A stretch of 33,788 bases of DNA from an uncultured Candidatus Saccharibacteria bacterium. GTDB lineage: Bacteria > Patescibacteriota > Minisyncoccia > Minisyncoccales > GBS-2. Numbering within the stretch: position 1 is the first letter of the stretch; each line of letters opens with the position of its first letter. The DNA lies in NCBI GenBank assembly GCA_964593405.1, contig CAZQIO010000004.1, positions 1 to 33,788 of the forward strand. The letters are read 5' to 3'. Made by a program: the position numbers and the translations under genes. Positions 33,690 to 33,788 of this stretch are shown here, in pieces. A model generated the notes under the pieces. That model was not told where the DNA came from. It saw only the letters and a program-made list of their open reading frames with translations, and did no database searches.

Positions 33690-33788
33690 AGGCCTCCATC
33701 CGAGCGTTAGCGAGGATGGAGAAAGCGGACTTGCGCCGAGCAAAATTACTTCATCCCGCGCCAGCGGGATGAACAGGTAAGGGCGAGG
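33690..33788 (+). ncRNA. rnpB: Possible 5' part of an RNase P RNA-like gene, truncated by the window end
   Basis: 8-bp hairpin CTCCATCC..GGATGGAG at 33694-33721, then GGAGAAAGCGGAC (CR-I-like). This is followed by GAGCAAAA, the 8-bp hairpin CATCCCGC-GCCA-GCGGGATG at 33752-33771, and ACAGGTAAGGGCGAGG (CR-II-like). The motif order is the same as in E. coli M1 RNA as I remember it. The spacing is atypically short. Confidence 0.35.

Noticed and set aside
33552-33743. A 63-aa minus-strand ORF inside the GC-rich block after rplN.
   Set aside because: It spans the hairpin-dense region, has no recognisable motif and runs against the uniform plus-strand orientation. An open frame of this length is expected by chance in GC-richer sequence. 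An RNA interpretation fits better.
1-33788. Alternative genetic code (UGA as a sense codon, as in some CPR lineages).
   Set aside because: Many well-conserved genes end at TGA with normal lengths, often in ATGA overlaps (pheT, nusG, rplD, rplP, rpsQ, rplN, alaS). No conserved protein needs read-through of an in-frame TGA.
33495-33788. Group II intron starting at GUGUG (33495-33499), overlapping the rplN stop.
   Set aside because: Only the 5-nt GUGYG match supports it. L14 is full length with a normal C-terminus. I could not recognise domain I features, and no reverse transcriptase ORF is visible. It cannot be fully excluded without the downstream sequence.
33017-33788. SRP (4.5S), 6S or tmRNA identity for the GC-rich blocks.
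   Set aside because: There is no SRP domain IV signature (GUCAGGUCCGGAAGGAAGCAGC-like). The blocks do not form a single long rod with a symmetric central bubble as in 6S RNA. There is no tmRNA 5' GGGG..GGAUUCGAC motif or tRNA-like 3' end.

Overview
AT-rich, tightly packed window with essentially all genes on the plus strand. Composition, gene content and several shortened housekeeping proteins suggest a reduced-genome bacterium of the CPR/Patescibacteria type (inference only). TGA is used as a stop, so this is the standard code. Layout: (1) a 5' accessory islet holding a MopE-like Cys-rich protein fragment, a RAYT-type HUH/Y1 transposase bracketed by 17-nt REP-like hairpins, a decayed VapBC-like toxin-antitoxin pair, a gene fragment and a metallophosphoesterase. 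(2) pheS-pheT, then gyrB interrupted by a 522-aa LAGLIDADG intein. (3) secE-nusG-rplK with no rplA. (4) A dTMP-supply cluster: dCMP deaminase, ThyX-like protein, unknown membrane protein, SHMT, nucleotidyltransferase, Tmk, DeoC. (5) gatB, a YkuK-like protein, a short alaS and a membrane-anchored hypothetical protein. (6) A rearranged ribosomal super-operon: infA-rpmJ-rpsM-rpsK-rpsD-rpoA(no CTD)-rplQ-rplM-rpsG-fusA-tuf-rpsJ-rplC-rplD-rplW-rplB-rpsS-rplV-rpsC-rplP-rpmC-rpsQ-rplN. The most unusual signal is at the 3' end. rplN is isolated between two GC-rich, hairpin-dense non-coding blocks (about 62% and 54% G+C by hand count, in a visibly AT-rich background). The second block runs off the window and ends with motifs resembling RNase P RNA. 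Other items worth a second look are the REPtron-like unit, the GyrB intein at the ATPase N-box, promoter-like sites placed to give leaderless mRNAs, a terminator/antiterminator-like pair between rpsJ and rplC, loss of the P-loop Asp in both EF-Tu and EF-G, and the absence of rplA, rpsL and rpsI from their canonical positions.
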